The translations under genes and the position numbers were made by a program. A stretch of DNA of 63,939 bases, counting the filler, from Basidioascus undulatus (lineage: Eukaryota), in assembly GCA_000826855.1 (NCBI GenBank). It is 18 parts of 18 records of this genome, joined end to end, with 100 filler letters (N's around TTAATTAATTAA, not from the genome) between each part and the next. Parts side by side here need not be neighbours in the genome. Positions count along the whole stretch, not along the records: positions 52,207 to 54,529 come from JTLS01002819.1; positions 54,630 to 56,951 come from JTLS01002820.1; positions 57,052 to 59,370 come from JTLS01002821.1; positions 59,471 to 61,788 come from JTLS01002822.1; positions 61,889 to 63,939 come from JTLS01002932.1; 13 more parts are not named here. One strand, given 5' to 3'. The notes under the pieces are model-generated. The model had not been told where the DNA came from. It searched no databases and saw only the letters and a program-made list of their open reading frames with translations. This document shows positions 54,265 to 63,939 of this stretch, in pieces (the first letter of the stretch is position 1; every line of letters starts with the position of its first letter).

Positions 54265-54629
54265 TGCGGGAGGAGAGGGAGGAGGGGCGGGACTGCAGTG
54301 CGCTGGGGGAGGACGACGGGCGCGGTTGCTAAGGGGGAGTGAAGGGCAGACACTGGGGATTGTCGCGTCAGTGGGGATGACTCGCCTGCTCGCTATCATC
54401 CAATCCTAAGGAACGGAAGAAGGTCTACGAACGGCGTACCTGAATTCCACTATCAGCTATCGGCGGGGGAAGGGGAAAGGGTGCGCGGGTGGTGGACGGA
54501 CCTATGGGGATGGCGAGCACGCGGTGGAGNNNNNNNNNNNNNNNNNNNNNNNNNNNNNNNNNNNNNNNNNNNNTTAATTAATTAANNNNNNNNNNNNNNN
54601 NNNNNNNNNNNNNNNNNNNNNNNNNNNNN

Positions 54630-56951
54630 AGCTTGTTCGATGCTCCTCTTCCTCCTCCTGCGGGTGGGACGGGCCGGACAGCGGAGGACTCGAGCAGCGC
54701 CTGGTCCTTCGCCCCGAAGTGGATGCGGCGGAGGAGCCCCTGCGCGACGAGCCGGCGCTGGCGGCTCGCGAGCTTGAACCCGGGCGGGAGGCCCTTGACG
54801 CGCTGCTCGAGCGACTTGACGAGCTCGTACTCCTCCTCGCGCGCCTTGACCTCCTGCATCACGCGGATGATAGCGTCCATCGAGTGCAGGAGCGCGAGCG
54901 TGGGCAGGTGGTCCGGGTGCGTGGGCGGCGTGAGCTCGCTCAGTTGCTGCAATGTAGAGATGGGTTGTGAGCTCAACAGAACAAGGAGTAGAGGGCGGCA
55001 ACGGACGACGACGAACCTTGAAGAACAGCGTGTATTTCATAAGTCGCTGCACGGGCTTGAGAAGGAAGCTGGAAAGGGACATTGCGCCGCACTCGGGCGA
55101 CTCGCTTTGCATCCTAAGGTACTCTCCAAAGTCGCTCTTCGGGTCCCTGAGCATGCGCTCGATCGTGCGCGTGACGCCCTCGAACCTAACGAGATACGGC
55201 TGGTGCACATCCAGCTGTGGTACGAACGGCCGGAACGCCTCAGCGAGGCGGACGACGAGCGGGTACTGCGCGGCGCGGGCGGCGTGCAGCGCGGACGCGA
55301 GGAGCGAGTGCACGTGCACGATGTCGTCGAGCCAGTCGAACAAGCGCGTCACGTCGGGGGGCAGGCCCGCGATCCACCGCTTCTCGGGCGTGCGCAGCGG
55401 CCGCGCGAAGTGGTGCACTACCCCGCGGAGACCGGACACGAAGGACGCCTCCGTCTCGCACAGCTCCCAGATCACCTCCTGCCGCCGCATCTCGAGCGCA
55501 CCGTGCCGCTCCAGGAGCGACGCGTATGCGTCGGCAGGGATCACGGACCGCCAGGTGCGCGTTGCCGCGGGGGAGGAGTCCGCTGCTGCGAGGGGCGAGG
55601 GCGCCGCCGGCGGTAGAGGAGGCGTGAAGATGGTTTGTTGTGGGGTGGTGGGGAGCGGTGCGGGTGCGGTGTCCGCCAGGTCGGAGATGCAGATGAGCGA
55701 GTTGCGCCAAGGGCGCGAGATCGTGTGCACGTCCACGTCTGGCACGTCCGGCCAAGCCGCAGAGGAGGGAAGCGGGCCGAGCGAGTCCCTTCGCTCGGCG
55801 TCTTCGCCTGCTTCTTCGTCGCCCCGCTGCGGCGCCCCCCCGTTGTCGCTCTCGCTGGACGTGGGGATCGAGTAGCGTATGAGGGGAGGCGAGTGCGCAG
55901 CGGGTGCGGCGACGGGGCTTGCTGCAGGGGCTGTGAAGGACGCGGAGGGGGTGGGATGTCGGCGCCGCGGCGAAGAGGGCTGGTGGATTCGTCGTGGGGA
56001 CTGCATATCGACCACCGTCATCAGCCACTTTCTCGTTCAATCAGGTTCCGTGACAACACACCTGCACCTCGATCCCCTCCTCACCCCCCTCCCACTCCCC
56101 GCCCTCATCGCCCGACCAGAACTCCTCCTCGGCACTGCGAAAGCTCCTCGCGTCATCCTCGTCCTCCTCGCTCCCCTCGCTCTCCCTCGCAGCGGCGCTC
56201 GCCCGGCGCCTGCTCGCCCTCCGCCCGCGCAGCGTGGTCGATGAGCCGCGGCTGAGCTTGGAGAGCCCTGACGAGGCAGAGTGAGACGCCTTGGAGGACA
56301 GGCTCGTGCTGGACGACGAGGACGCGGCGGCGAACGAGAAGCCGGGTCCGAACTCGAGCCCTAGTCCGAGCCCTACACCGGTGGACAGGGACGGGGGGAG
56401 GAACGATGTGGAGGAGGAGGAGGGGGAGGGGAACGCCCCGGGGAGGGCAGCCGGTGGTGGGCGCGGGGTGTCGAGCGGGTCGGATGGTGGAGAAGGCGAG
56501 GGGGACGGGGCGGGAAGGTGCGTGGGTCGCGGGTGGGAGGCGAGCGGGATAGGTGGCGGAGGGGGAGACTCGGGGGACGCTGCTGGGAAGGCGTGGATGG
56601 GACGGGGCGTGCGCTCGTCATGTGCGCTGTTATCGCCCTCTGCACTGGCGCTCGCCTCCTCCATCCGCGGGCGAGGCGATCTCGGCAGCGGCGGCGGGGC
56701 GTCCGGCCTCTCCTCCCCCATTCCCATCCCCATCACGACCTTTGTCCCCGCCCCGCCACGCATCCGTCCAAACTTCCCCTCGCGCTTAGGCGGCGAGTAC
56801 CGCTCCCTCTGCGCATCCGTCAAGCGCGGGACAGTCGGTGGCGGTGGCGTGCCGGTTCGAGCGGCGTGCGAAGGAGAGTACCTCTCCCGCTGCGCATCCG
56901 TCAGGATCGGGACCGTCGGCGGCGTGGTCTGCGTGCGTGTCGGAGGGGGTG
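54630..56951 (-). CDS. Dbl-homology (RhoGEF) plus PH domain protein, partial at both ends
   Basis: EMRRQEVIWELCETEASFV..RLFDWLDDIV..MSLSSFLLKPVQRLMKYTLFFK|QLSELTPPTHPDH..VKAREEEYELVK..RQRRLVAQGLL. Confidence 0.9.
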
Positions 56952-57619
56952 NNNNNNNNNNNNNNNNNNNNNNNNNNNNNNNNNNNNNNNNNNNNTTAAT
57001 TAATTAANNNNNNNNNNNNNNNNNNNNNNNNNNNNNNNNNNNNNNNNNNNNGCGCATGGTGGGGCTACGAACAGCTAAATAGCAAGAACGCAGGGGCGGC
57101 GGGGGGTGGGTGTCCGCGCGGTGCATAATTTACGAAGGTGATCCGAAGAAGAGCTTCTTGGGTTCTCCTCGATCCGACGGGAGGCAGCGGCCCGCCTGCA
57201 GCGACAGTCGATGTTGCGAAATGCGCCCTCTGGACCTTCCACCTTCTCATACGGAATGTATAATTTTTCGAAGTCAGCATGGTATCACAGAGTGCTGACG
57301 CGGTTCGCGAGCACGAGGATCGCAACCAAGGGCCAGCAGTCAGCCTTCGCAGCGACGCTTCAGAAGCCGTTTTTCAACTGATCTCAGAGCAAGAGCCGAA
57401 GGGCGTTTTAAGCACACCACCGCTTGACAGTGGGAAATGCGCCATCGCCTCGAGAGCGGACAGTCTTCGCAGGCCCATCGTACTTCCGGACGTTGCAGAG
57501 GATTTCCGGTTTCCTCATCAAGCTGAATGAGAAGTTTTAGAGGAGAGGGGGTTGCCTCGTGCGCTGAGATGCTCAGCCCAGTCACAGCCCGAGCAATCGG
57601 AAACGCAACACCTTATACA

Positions 57620-58501
57620 TCACCTCAAAGAACATAGAATAACAACAGAACACAAAACACCTAATATGGTTTCGGCATTCAAGTCCTTCAAAACTGCAAA
57701 TCGCCTCTCGTACTTCGTTCCTGCCCTTGTCGCGCAACTAGACCGCTTGCCCACCCTCCAGTCCCTCAAAGCGTGCAAACGCCTAGAAGAGTTCTTCTCT
57801 CCCGTCCTACAAATCAAAGTCGCCCTTACCATTGCTCTCATCTTTCCCCCGGAGGCCTTCCACAAAGTCATGCAGCTCCGAGAGCGGGAGGCGGAGTGTC
57901 TCGCTGCCTGGTTCATTGCATACGCAGCCGTCCAATTCAGTGTGCATGTAGATAGGGAACAGAATAGGCCGGGAAGTATAAAAGCAGAAAAAGTGCACCG
58001 AGCTCACGAATGACCACCTCCACCCGCTCTCCCATGCCCACCCGAACCTGCGCAAGGCACTCCTCGTCCACCTCGATCCGCACCTCCCCGTCCACGCCCC
58101 CCTCTCTCAAGACCTCCACGAGCGACTGGGGTTCAGAGCCCGAGGATTTCCAGAAATTCTTCGGACGCTTATTCGAAGGGTACGGTGAGGAGGAGGACAA
58201 GGAGGAGGGGGGTGGGCTCGGAGGGTGCGCGGATGGTGAGCATATGAGCACTTGGGGGGACTGCGAGGAGAGGGGTGTGGGGGCGGCAGGGAGGGGCAGG
58301 ATGGGGCCGGCTGAGGGGGGGAAAAGGCATGGTGTGAGGTTGTGGGTGGTGGTATGGATGGAGGGGATGGTGAGCGGGGTGGTGGGTAAGGTCAACAGGC
58401 AAAGACGGGGAGAACGCTTTCACCCGCGCTGTGGGCGGGAACAGTCGTTCTTCTCTGGCTTCTGCTTCTGTGGACGGGTGTTGCTCGTATAAAAGCCCCA
58501 T
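57620..58501 (-). CDS. Small hypothetical protein with weak resemblance to the GlyRS anticodon-binding domain
   Basis: An in-frame splice model gives ..RLFPPTAR|SPQVLICSPSAHP..SLVEVLREGGV..VRIEVDEECL..VVIREL|GSETLRLPLSELHDFVEGL. The last exon is uncertain. Confidence 0.4.
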
Positions 58502-59063
58502 TTCAAAATACAACAAAATTACCTCTGGATTCCATACCGGTCCTTGACGAGTCATAGAATTGGGACGGAAGGGAGAACGTAAGGCTCAATAAGGAAGGCG
58601 AGAGGGTTGAAAGGCTGCTGCACACGGTTCGGCTTGTCCCGCGCTGTCCCGCTGGCGGAGCGTCTTGGTCTCTGAATACACCTTGAAACTCCTTGAAGCT
58701 CCATTGCTATGAGCTAGAATTGCGTACTCCTGAACCACGTGGTTACATTTTTCCACATGAGGATGGACAATGCAAGCCCCTCAGTGCTGCTTGGGCTGCA
58801 TGGGCTGCTAGGGAAAGCGGAAGAACGACAGCAAGCTGAAACTCCCAAAAAACTGAGCTCCAGCCATCTCGTCATCCCGACCATTTAAGCAGACAACAGC
58901 GCGGAGTATTCCATGTCCCGCTTGCCAAAAACATGCGTTGGTCCGCATCGTTCCGCAGGCCGCTGTTCACAAGTGCACAAACACGCACGCAGCGTCCGCA
59001 GTCTCGCAAGACCACTCTGTCGATTTGTTCCGCATCTTGTCCTCTCCTCTCCTCCACTCCAAA

Positions 59064-59370
59064 ATGTCTTCCTCCCCTCACAATCTCTCCCTCGCGTCTT
59101 TCTCCCCCGCCCCGAGGCCCCAACCCTCTTCACCCGCACCCCTCCCCCTCCTCCTCCAACGCACCTGCTTCGTCCCCTCCCTCAACCCGTCCTTCGAGCC
59201 CTTCCTCGCCCTCCTCGCTTCCCTCCACCCAGAGCCGTACGTCCTCCTCTCCGCCGAGCCGCGGATCATGGTCCAGGGCGGGTTCGAGGGCGTCGTGGAC
59301 CCTGCGGTGGAGTGTGAGGTGGATGAGAGGAGCTTGGAGGAGGTCGTGAGGGGGGGAGGTGGAGCGGAAA
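59064..59370 (+). CDS. Hypothetical protein, 5' fragment
   Basis: AAAATG start after a CT-rich leader, open to the contig end. Confidence 0.5.
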
Positions 59371-59470
59371 NNNNNNNNNNNNNNNNNNNNNNNNNNNNNN
59401 NNNNNNNNNNNNNNTTAATTAATTAANNNNNNNNNNNNNNNNNNNNNNNNNNNNNNNNNNNNNNNNNNNN

Positions 59471-61624
59471 CCGGCTGAAGCCCTCTTGCTGCAGTGGCTC
59501 GCGATCGACCGCATCGCCGACGAGCACGGCAACTCCACGTTCAAGATCACCACCCGCCAGACGTTCCAGTTCCACGGCGTCGTTAAGAAGCACCTCAAGC
59601 CGACGATCCAGGACATCAACAAGGTCGCGCTCGACACCATCGCCGCGTGCGGTGACGTTGTGCGTCTTCATTCCGCTCTCCCTCTCCCTTCCCTTATCTC
59701 CTCTCCTCGCCACTATTCGCTATCATCAATGCTGACCATCTTGCACCCTTCCTGTGCACTCCAGAACCGCAACGTCCTCTGCTCGGCCAACCCCCAGCTG
59801 TCGCAGGTCCACGCCGAGGTGTACGACTTCGCCAAGCGCCTTTCGGAGCACCTCCTGCCCAAGACGTCCGCGTACCGCGAGATCTGGCTAGACGGCAAGC
59901 AGGTCGCGGGCGAGGCCGTCAAGGACTTTGAGCCGCTCTACGGCAAGTACTATCTGCCTCGGTGCGTCTCCACTTCGTGCCCCTTTCTTTCCCCTTCTCT
60001 GCCGAGAAACTAATAGGCTTCGTCTTCGCAATCACAGCAAGTTCAAGATGGCCGTGGCCGTCCCGCCCCACAACGACGTCGACATCTTCACGAACGACGT
60101 CGGCTTCATCGCGATCGTTGACGAGAAGACTGGCAAGCTCGACGGCTTCAACGTTTCCATCGGGTAGGTCTTGCCCTCTCCTGTTCCTATCTTGCTTACC
60201 CAGGCAGCTAGCTCATTACGATTTGTTCCCTACTCTGCAGTGGTGGCATGGGTGTTACTCACTCGAACAAGAAGACCTACCCGCGCCTCGCGGACGTCAT
60301 CGGCTTCATCAAGCCCGACGAGGCCCTCAATGTCGCCGAGAAGATCATGACCGTCCAGCGCGACTACGGCAACCGTGCCAAGTGCGTCTTCGTCTCCTCC
60401 CTGCCCTTCCTCCGAGACTGATCCTGTCGCCCTACACTCATCGCAGCCGCAAGAACGCCCGTCTGAAGTACACGATCGACAACCTCACCTTGCCGGTCTT
60501 CGTCGACCACGTCGAGAAGCGCCTCGGGTACAAGCTCGCGCCCGCGAAGCCGTTCAAGTTCGACTCGAGCATCGACCAGTACGGCTGGAAGCAGGGCCAC
60601 GACGGCAAGTGGCACTTTACCACGTTCATTGTACGTTTTCGCCAATTTCCCATCGCTCTTTATACGATTGTGTCTGATGTGGCGGCGATTTGCAGGAGAA
60701 CGGCCGTGTTCAGGACGAGCCGGGGATGCCGTACAAGACGGGCCTGCGCGAGGTCGCGCGCATCCACAAGGGCAAGTTCCGGCTCACCGCGAATCAGCAC
60801 CTCATCGTCGCGGACGTCGCGCCCGAGGACCTCGACGCGATCAAGGCCGTGCTCGAGAAGTACAAGCTCGACAACCTCGCCCACTCCGGCCTCCGCCTCT
60901 CCTCCTCCGCTTGCGTCGCTTTCCCCACTTGGTGCGTCTGTCTGGTGTGCGCGAAGAGGCATGGGTCCGTAATGCTGACGCGCTGTGGGATGCAGCGGTC
61001 TCGCCATGGCTGAGTCGGAGCGGTACCTCCCGCTCCTCGTCGGAAAGGTCGAGAAGATCATGGAGGATGCTGGCCTGCGGAATGACCAGATCGTCATGCG
61101 TATGACTGGTTGCCCGAGTACGTACAACTTTCCTGTACACCCAGCGACTGTTTACTTACCGTCGGTCGTCGCACCTCACAGACGGCTGCGCCCGCCCGTG
61201 GGTCGCTGAGATTGCGTTTGTCGGTCGTGCACCCGGCACGTACATGGTGCGTTAAATATCAAGTATAATAGGAAGCTTGGGAACTAATTCGTCTATCTCT
61301 CGCGGCAGATGATGCTGGGTGGTGGCTTCCACGGCGAGCGCCTCAGCAAGCCCTACAGGGAGAGCGTCACCGAGCCCGAGATCATCGAGATCCTGACGCC
61401 GATGATCAAGGCGTACGCACTCGAGCGTCTTGAGGGCGAGCACTTCGGCGGTGCGTCTTTTGTCGTGCCCCATCTTTCCTTTCGGTCCTGTCAGACTGCT
61501 GACTCGCTGGCTTGCTTCCTTCACAGACTTCGTCATCCGCAAGGGCTGGATTTCCGCGACCGACAAGGGAGCTAACTTTTACATCAATGCTTACCCCTCT
61601 CCGGCGCCTATCGCGGCCGCATAA
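59471..61624 (+). CDS. MET5: Sulfite reductase (NADPH) hemoprotein/beta subunit, 3' part
   Basis: [48 protein letters not shown], and siroheme/4Fe-4S ligands [20 protein letters not shown] and RMTGCP|NGCARP. Confidence 0.96.
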
Positions 61625-61888
61625 TCTCTGTAGAGGTCGTGGTCCCCCTTCCCCTCTCGTCTCTCGGATCCTTTCCTTGCTTGCCTTCATACCTTTTCTC
61701 ACCTCTTCTCCTTTTTTTTTTTTTTTTTTTTGCATTTCTTTCCCATACGTTTTTTTTTTTTTACACTATGCATTTTGGCCCCCCGGGGNNNNNNNNNNNN
61801 NNNNNNNNNNNNNNNNNNNNNNNNNNNNNNNNTTAATTAATTAANNNNNNNNNNNNNNNNNNNNNNNNNNNNNNNNNNNNNNNNNNNN

Positions 61889-62347
61889 AGGAGAGGTCGT
61901 TTGGGTTCGGTGTCGGGTCGCCCTGCGGCGGGTGGACGTAGGGCGGGTCGGAGGGCGGGCGCTGCAGAGACGGCGTGGAGGCGTTGTGCCGGAGGGATGG
62001 GAGGGCGTGTTGAGGAGGGTAGGCGGAGGGGGGTCCTGATAATCGCAAGGTAACCAAGTATCAGATTGTGCCCTACCGCCCTATCTCCACCACACCACCT
62101 GCCTTCTTCCCCATTTCCATCTTCATCTTCCCCTCCCAGCCCAGTCTACCTCACACCATATCGCGTGCAACTCACCGTGTTGTTCCCACCCCTCCGCGCC
62201 CGCGCCCGGCGCAGCACTGCTCCCCCTCGGCGCATAATCGACCGTCTGGCTCCGCACGGACGGGCGATAGTGTTGTTGCTGATGGGGGTGTGGGTTCCCG
62301 CCAGCCTCCGGAGACGGCAAACCCGGCTGGACGTCAGTCGCCGACAT
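61889..62347 (-). CDS. Pro/Gln-rich hypothetical protein, 5' fragment
   Basis: MSATDVQPGLPSPEAGGNPHPHQQQH..WEQH followed by a GTGAGT donor, then a Pro-rich frame to the contig end. Confidence 0.5.
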
Positions 62348-63055
62348 CTCGTTCTCGATCGGGGTCGGGCGAGGTGGGTTCGAGGTAGGAGGAGTCGGTG
62401 CGAGAGAGAGGGAGAAGTCTGATCTAGAGACGTATGTGTTTTTGAATAGCCGGCAGCGCGTGTCAGTGTAAGTTCCTTCAATCGTGAGCCTCGCTCCTGC
62501 TCAGGGGGCGGGTGCGCAGGCTGGCAGGCTGGCGGGGGACGTGCCTTGCCTTGCCTCGTTCGCCGTCCGGTGTCCACCGTTCAGCTTCCGTCGCGCCTGA
62601 ATCAAGCTTCTGTAATGAGCTGCGAAGAGAAGAAGGAAGGCGAGGAAGACGCGAAGGGCAAGAGGCGGTGTTGAGCAAGGACGAGAGAGCAAGGGCAAGG
62701 GGACAACAGCGCAGGCGGTGCACACGCTCAGGCGCTACACACTCAAGTGCGGGGCTCGCTGTCGTGCCTCCGTCCGCAGTCGCAGTCGCAGTGCCAGCTG
62801 GCCGATCTACTTTCAACACCGACTTCACATCTTTCAACTTTCCACCGACAATCAACGGAAAGCAAACCGGCGGACAGTAAAGATCATCAAATCAATCGGA
62901 CTAAAGCGCGAAAATTCGTAGCAAACGGTACAAGACTCCCACCCTGCCCCCACCGCCCCACCACGCTCGTCACAGACTTTGAAATCTCGAAAAAGAAACA
63001 ATCAACCAGAACCTTGTCGAAGATAGACAGTATCTTAGAGTTTTGGTGTAACGGC

Positions 63056-63939
63056 TCAGCGGTCGTTGAGGTCGTTGAGGACGCGCAGGATCGAGAGGAA
63101 GAGGTTCTGCAGGGGGTTCGCGGACCGGATTAGCTTGCACGCTTGGAATGGAATTATGGATGAAAGGACGAAAAATAAAGTCTAGGTAGAGCGATATGCT
63201 TGCCATGAGCCATCTAATTTGAAAGAACAGGTTGTAGGAGGGTCAGATAGGCGAGGGAGGAGAGCGGAGGGAGTATGAGACTTACTCGTCGGGCGAGAGG
63301 CGGTGCTGGATCAGGTACGTCTGCGCGCGGAATTTTGATGAGTGCATATTGCCATGAATTAAACAATACAGCGTACATCGTAGATGATGAATCCCCTACG
63401 CGTGATATGTTCAGCCACTGCGCTGTGGAGGAGCGGAGGTGTGACCGGACGCACGAGAAGATCACGCAGCCGATGATGCCGTAGACGAGGTCGGTCGTGC
63501 GCGACCAGCCGCCGAAGATAAGTCCAACGAAGCCCATTCCAATGAGGAGCCACAAGCAGAGCATGAGGATCTACATATCACCAATGTCAGCACTGTGCCT
63601 GCACTGCGCCCGGCCCAAAAGACAAGGCACGAAAGCGACACACCGGCCCCATCCCCGAAAAGTCCCACTTGCTCTGGAACGTGAACAGTGTCAACCCCAA
63701 AAACACGACCGTCGTAATCAACAGCGCTTGAAGGACGACCTCGCGCCGCTCGATCATCGCGACGGCCGGGCCGAGCGTGAACGCCTCGCAGAGGGTGAAG
63801 ACGCCTAGGAGGATGAAGTTGGCAGGGGAGGAGTGGCGCTTCCAGTAGACGAGGAAGAGGGAGATGAAGGAGCCCAGGAGGGGGAGGAGGAGGAGAAAGG
63901 GAACAAACATGATCCGGTCTTTCACGTCTCGGGAGAGGT
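63056..63939 (-). CDS. BXI1: Bax inhibitor-1/TMBIM family protein (Bxi1-like), 3' part
   Basis: KRHSSPANFILLGVFTLCEAFTLG, VLQALLITTVVFLGLTLFTFQSKWDF, IFS|GFIIYD|TYLIQHRLSPDEWLMASISLYLDFI|NLFLSILRVL. Confidence 0.93.

Noticed and set aside
54159..54529. 64-bp exact duplication of the perilipin first exon/intron boundary (54159-54222 and 54466-54529)
   Set aside because: Also at a contig end after a G run; most likely a mis-extension.
57552..58013. 153-aa plus-strand ORF
   Set aside because: It overlaps the minus-strand spliced model, which has better splice signals, and shows no recognisable motif.
61712..61762. Long poly-T tracts after MET5 as a retroposed tail or Pol III terminator
   Set aside because: No target-site duplication or upstream Pol III gene; ordinary 3' UTR homopolymers.

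Overview
This is eukaryotic, intron-rich, GC-rich fungal DNA. The protein sequences and intron density fit a basidiomycete, probably yeast-like; the taxon is an inference. The window is not contiguous: 18 contigs are joined by 17 artificial 100-nt spacers (N44-TTAATTAATTAA-N44). Sixteen contigs are about 2.32-2.34 kb and appear in near-descending length order, one (4888-27753) is 22.9 kb, and the last is cut by the window edge. Adjacency across spacers therefore means nothing. Recognisable genes, many partial: PAP2 lipid phosphatase, UBL-WLM (Wss1-type) protease, tRNA-Leu(AAG), PAC3 proteasome chaperone, Slt2/Mpk1 MAPK, mitochondrial Hsp70, RTA1-like protein, mitoribosomal uL24 and mS34, two RhoGEFs, U1A/U2B'' and tafazzin, Vps36, Pth2, TMEM205-like, Msp1, Alg11, Noc3, an L-type amino-acid permease, a perilipin-like protein, sulfite reductase beta (Met5) and Bax inhibitor-1. 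The long contig also holds at least six decayed sequences: two allantoate-permease-family MFS relics, a DD35D pogo/Fot1 transposase, a Mug135-like gene and two tandem MYND-finger paralogues. The most unusual signals are an in-frame U1A-RRM1::tafazzin chimera, a possible stand-alone GlyRS anticodon-binding-like protein, UIM-like motifs in a Tus1-type RhoGEF, and a TT-AG donor in BI-1. Others are a GC-AG intron plus 7-nt micro-exon in MPK1, similar 14-bp-period ACGTG repeats upstream of two proteasome-linked genes, and pyrimidine/purine bipartite introns. I could not establish a novel multi-gene system. All family assignments come from motif recognition by eye, with no database search.
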